Of a stretch of 64,000 nucleotides of DNA, positions 58,974-64,000 are shown in pieces. The notes below the pieces were generated by a model. It saw nothing but the letters and a program-made list of their open reading frames with translations. It had not been told where the DNA came from and did not search any database. Position 1 is the first letter of the stretch. The number at the start of each line of letters is the position of its first letter. The stretch is from Azolla caroliniana. Lineage: Eukaryota > Plantae > Polypodiophyta. Location: contig JBHGNT010000017.1 of NCBI GenBank assembly GCA_043228905.1, positions 17,794,001-17,858,000 on the forward strand, written 5' to 3'. A program made the translations under genes and the position numbers.

Positions 58974-61900
58974 TGAAAAATGAGAAATATACTGTCATTG
59001 GTATGTCACAACATGAAGGAGAAAATACAGAGATCGCTCATATTTACATGAGGAAAAATTTCCTCTTTGTAAAGGCCAATATCTAGCTGTTGGGCTAACT
59101 AGCTGTTGGTGCTAATTAGCCGTTGGGCTAGCAGTTATAACTTTTAATCATTCAACACTGCCCCTCAAGCTGGGCGAAAAATATCCACTAAGCCCATCTT
59201 GTCACACAATCTAGTAAAACTTACTGGCCCAAGTCCCTTTGTAAGACAATCTGCTACTTGATGATAACATGACTCAATTTTAATATTCCATTATCAAGCT
59301 TCTCCTTGATAAAGAATCTGTCGATTTCGATGTGCTTGGTCCTATCATGTGGTACTGGATTGTTGGCAATGCTAATTGTTGACTTATTGTCACACCACAT
59401 CATCATCTGATTTTTTTTATTCACCTTTAGTTCTACTAAGAGAGTTCTCAACCATAACATCTCTGCAACTCCTACAACAATAGCTCTATACTCTGCTTCC
59501 ACTGTTGACCTTGCTACTACTGATTGTTTCTTACTCTTCCAAGAGATCAGATTGCCCCCAACAAACATGCAATATCCTGATGTGGATTTCCTATCATCAG
59601 CACAACTAGCCCAATCAGAATCACAATAGCCCTCAATGTTAAAATGACCATGTTTTCTAAAGATCAATCCCTTCCCCGAGGCACCTTTGAGATATCTCAG
59701 AATATGGTACACTGCATCCATATGATCTTTCCTCGGATCATGCATGTAGCGACTTACCACGCTTACTGCAAATGAAATATGTAGAATATCTAGACGGGTA
59801 TGAGTCAAATAAATTAGCCTACCTACCAATCTTTGATACCTTTCACGATCAACTTTCTCTCTTGCAAGTTCAGCTAGCTTGATCTTTTGGTCAATTGGAG
59901 AAGCTATGGGCCTACAACCCAACATTCCAGTTTCTGTGAGAAGATCTAATACATATTTTCGCTGAGATAGAACAACTCCTTCTGCTCCACAAGCTACCTC
60001 AATTCCAAGAAAGTATCGTAGTAATCCTAGATCCTTCACGTCAAACTCTTTACCCAATTTCACCTTCAGTTGCACAATTTCTCCTTCATAGTTACTTGTG
60101 ATAATTATATCATCCACATACACAGCAAGTAATGTATTATGCTCCTTGTGTTGTTGAAAAAACATTGTATGGTCTGCATTCGTTTGTTAGTATCCCATAC
60201 CCACCATAGCCCTTCTTAACATGTCGAACCAAGCTCGAGGAGATTTCTTTAATCCATAAAGCGACTTCCTTAGTCTACAAACCTTACCTACTATTTGAAT
60301 TGTGCCAAAACCTAGGGGGACATCCTTGTACACTTCCTCTATCAACTCTCCATGAAGGAATGCATTTTTTACATCTAATTGATGTAATTTTAAAACCTTA
60401 TTCACTACTAAGGAAACAACATTCTAACAGTGCTCATCTTCGCTACAGGTGCAAAAGTCTCATCGTAGTCAATGCCATATGTCCGTCTATATCCTTTAGC
60501 CACCAATCGTGCCTTGTATTGATTTATTTTTCCCTTTGGGGTCAATTTTATTGTAAACACCCATTTGCACCCAATCGCCTTCTTTCCTGGTGGTAGTGAC
60601 ATAATCTCCCAAGTTTTGTTATGCTCAAGAGCTTGGAGTTATTATTGCATGGTTGCTTTCCATTTTGGATCTTCTTTAGCAACCTACCAACACTTGGGTA
60701 AAGTGACAGAGTCTAATGATGCAATGAATGCTTTATGTGTAGCTGATATGTTAGAATAAGAGATAAACTGAGCAATATCATGAGGAAAAGCATAACGATA
60801 AGGAGGGACTCCTACATTACTACGAGAGGTCCTCCTAACCTCTATAGGAAAAGGAGAGGAAATCATATCACCTGCGATTTCTGGGTTTGGGAGTTCATAG
60901 GTATTTCAAATGTCGAGGCAAGTCGGGACATGGATCTTGATGGCACAAGTGGCACTGAAGACGTGTTCATATTTCCTTCTTTTTGCCTCCTCTTCCTTGT
61001 ATACACCTTTAGCTCCCCCTCAGCTTGAGTCCCAACACATATAGGTTCCTCGTCTTACGCTCACTTGTTTCTCAACTAATGTAGGGATCAACAAAGGAAT
61101 TGGTCCTATTTTTAGCCACCTCTCACCATTATCTCCTTCCCCCATATTTTTAGTCTCAATTAAGTCATGAAAGGGTGAAGTTACCTCTTGTTTATAATAT
61201 GGCTCTGACTCTATTTAATAAACATCCGTACTCACAAATAATCTCTTCTCTACTAGAATCCAACAAACATAGCCTTTTTGTGTGGTAGAGTATCCCACAA
61301 ATACACATTTCACAACTCTAGGATCAAGTTTTCCTACATATGGTCTACTATCCTTTACAAAACACACATCCAAACACCTTCAAAGGAAGGATTCCAAAGT
61401 TATTGCCTTTCAACAACTCACATGGAGACTTCCACTCCAATACTCTAGAGGGCATCCTATTGATCAATGCAACAACCGTCAAAATTGCCTGTCCCCACAA
61501 CTGCTTTGGGACATTCATAGAAATCATTGTGCTTCTTGCTACCTCTAGAAGATGTCTATTCTTCCTCTCTGCAACTCCATTTTGTTCTGGTGTATATGAG
61601 CATGTAGTTTGATGTTGTATTCCTTGATCTGAGAGGTATGCCCTAAATGTGATGTTAGCATACTCTATTCCATTATCAAACCTCAACACTTTTACTGCTA
61701 CACTATATTGAGTTTGAACTACTCTATGAAAATCTTTAAAACAAGCAAATACTTCATAGTTTCTTTTTACTCATCAAATATAACCAAGTCACAAGAGAGA
61801 ATCAGTCAATGAAAGAGACAAGATATCGATATCCATTAATAGAACTTGTGGAACATGGTCCCCAAACATAAGAGTGTATTACATCAAATGCATGGGAACT

Positions 61901-63748
61901 CCTATGACCTGAACTAGCATATGAGCTTTTAGTAAGCTTACCAAATTCACATGCATCACAAACAAGTTTTATTTTATTAGCCTTTTCAAAAAGGTGTGGA
62001 TACACTCGACTCAAAACGCCATAAGAGGTATGTCCCATATGTTGGTGGTAAAGTATCAACAACTCCTAATAACTCATTTTAGATACCCTTACATTTGTTC
62101 CCTCTACCATACATGTTAATGCTGAATCCAACCCTTCACAATCCAAATACCATAGTCCACTATGCCATGTGCCAATCCCAAGTCTCCGACCTATCCCTTT
62201 CTCTTGGAATATCACCTTGGGAATATCAAAAGAAACAACACATTTTAGTTGGTGTATGATAGAACTTATTGATAATAGGTTTACTGGGAAAGGAGTATGC
62301 AACACATTAGACAATGCTAATACTTGTGGCCGAATAAGCATAGGTGGCAATGGTACATGTTGACATGAATGAAGTATCATTTGTGGATTTTTGCTTCCTC
62401 CTAAGTTTATCTAAGAGAGCTTGATCCTCTTCGGTGAACACCACCTTAGTTCCTTCCTCTTCTTTTACTACCATTAGGTTTGCTTGGTGACCTCCTCTCC
62501 CACCTCTTCGCCCCCCTCGACCATGACCTCTAGTTTGTCCATGTCCTCCATATTCTCTCTCCTTAGATGGTTTAGGGCAAGCATTCTTTAAATGACCAGC
62601 TTCACCACAATTGTAGCATTTTCGATTTTCACTTCCGCTTGAATTTGACACCATTAGTGCTGATTGTACCCCTGGAAGTCCAGTAGTGTCAAAGAGCAGC
62701 TTCATTCTACTCTCCTCTTGTATCATAGTCGCAATTGCCTCATCAAGCGTGGGAATTTCAACCTTGGCAAGAAGAACTGCCCTTCTTTGATCAAACAACG
62801 GGTTGAGATGTTTCAAAAATTGCATGGTTCTTTGAACAGAAATTTCCATGCTCTTACATTGAGGATCATTGCACATTATCACATGCGAGAAATGATCATA
62901 TTCTGCCCATAAACGCTCAAGTGCTATGGCATATTCGGGAATCATCCTATCTCCCTGCTCGACGGCGTCTATCTCCTGCTCGATTTGAAATACTCCCATG
63001 TTATTTCCCCTCCTAGCATACATCTTTTGCAAACTTAAAATTCCATCAACAGTTGTGGCGATTGATGGAACCATGGATTTGAGAAGCCACATGTACAAAA
63101 CCATGTGGGTAGCTCTCCATGCTTTCCATTCATTGCTCATTTTGACAAGAGGTTCTTTCTCTTTTCCCGTTAGGTAGCCGTCAAGGCTTCTCCCTGCCAA
63201 GGCACCTATAATCCAACGTGACCAGCTCAAGTATGTGGCTGGTCCATCGAGTTTGAACTCAATTGGGAGGAGTTCAAGTCGAGGTGGTGGTTGTGTTCTT
63301 GTCACACCTCCAGATGCTACCATCTCAACCTACTTCATGTATTTCACCAATGTTTCACCTCATCGTCATTTAATTTTGAGAACACCTCATCCATCTTCTC
63401 AACTTAGCCTATCTCTGCTCTCCTCTTCTGACTCGTTTTCTCAAGTCACCTCTCAATCACATAGTAATGCCATCCCTAAAGGAAAAAATCCCCCTTTCCT
63501 CTCTTGGATTCTAGGATAGTGTTGTTCCAATTATTGTCATACCAACATAAGGGTGGATCTAGGGTTTTGTAGAGGGGCGGATCTATGCTCTGATACCAAA
63601 TTGAAAAATGAGAAGGCACATTTGTTCAATAATATAAATTGGTATGTCACAAATCGCTCATATTTACATGAGGAGAAAGCTCCTCTTTATAAAGGCCAAG
63701 ATCTGGCCATTGGGCTAACTAGCCACTATAACTTTTAATCATTCAACA
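58974..63748 (-). mobile_element. Degenerate full-length Copia (Ale/Retrofit-like, short LTRs)
   Basis: LTRs at 58974-59157 and 63602-63748; TSD ACAAT/ACCAT; PBS GCTCTGATACCA at 63587-63598; PPT at 59158. Gag has KLDGPATYLSWSR and CYNCGEAGHLKNAC; INT, RT (YVDD) and RH (RTKHIEID) are broken by frameshifts. Confidence 0.9.
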
Positions 63749-64000
63749 ACCATTTGTATGTTTGTATTTACCTAGTGATGAAATATCCATGAGCATACGT
63801 GTGATTTTTCTTCAAAGGTTAAAACATGGAGTTGTCTAAATATGACAAGCTTCGTTCAACAATTTAAGCCTCATCCTCATCACAAGGGCACTCCCTCAAG
63901 CAATTATGTTATACAATAAAAGAGGTTAGAGAGGAGTTTGCATTTTTAAGCTTTCTAACAATCTGCCATACAAAGAGATTTGTATGGAACATTGTTCCCG

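Overview
Eukaryotic land-plant DNA, probably from a non-seed plant (moss, liverwort, lycophyte or fern; an inference from the TE family types). It is mostly transposable elements around one intact host gene. From left to right: a decayed RTE-type LINE (1-2423, -) and an L1-type LINE (~3330-5735, -). Next is a 21-kb nest in which an outer short-LTR Gypsy (6006-27269) holds a tRNA-Trp-primed Gypsy (6834-13851, -), a pol-less double-gag relative (15177-19941, +) and a very young, ORF-intact Tnt1-like Copia (21044-26393, +). Then come L1 relics (27600-31915, 34140-35110), a hAT MITE with an 8-bp TSD (36345-37123) and a 3-exon, 1155-aa LRR receptor kinase (39556-44995) that joins an RLP-type island+4-LRR ectodomain to a non-RD kinase. 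A second nest follows (Copia from 45883 > Trp-primed Gypsy 49299-58780 > RT-less Copia 53805-57744), and finally a decayed Ale-type Copia (58974-63748). The most interesting signals come from comparing the three Trp-primed Gypsy elements: a covarying -1 frameshift pseudoknot placed after the protease, a covarying hairpin next to the PPT, CpG-centred 4-bp target sites, and an antisense tRNA-Lys-like Pol III cassette in the LTRs of two of them. All calls were made by eye; no searches were run.
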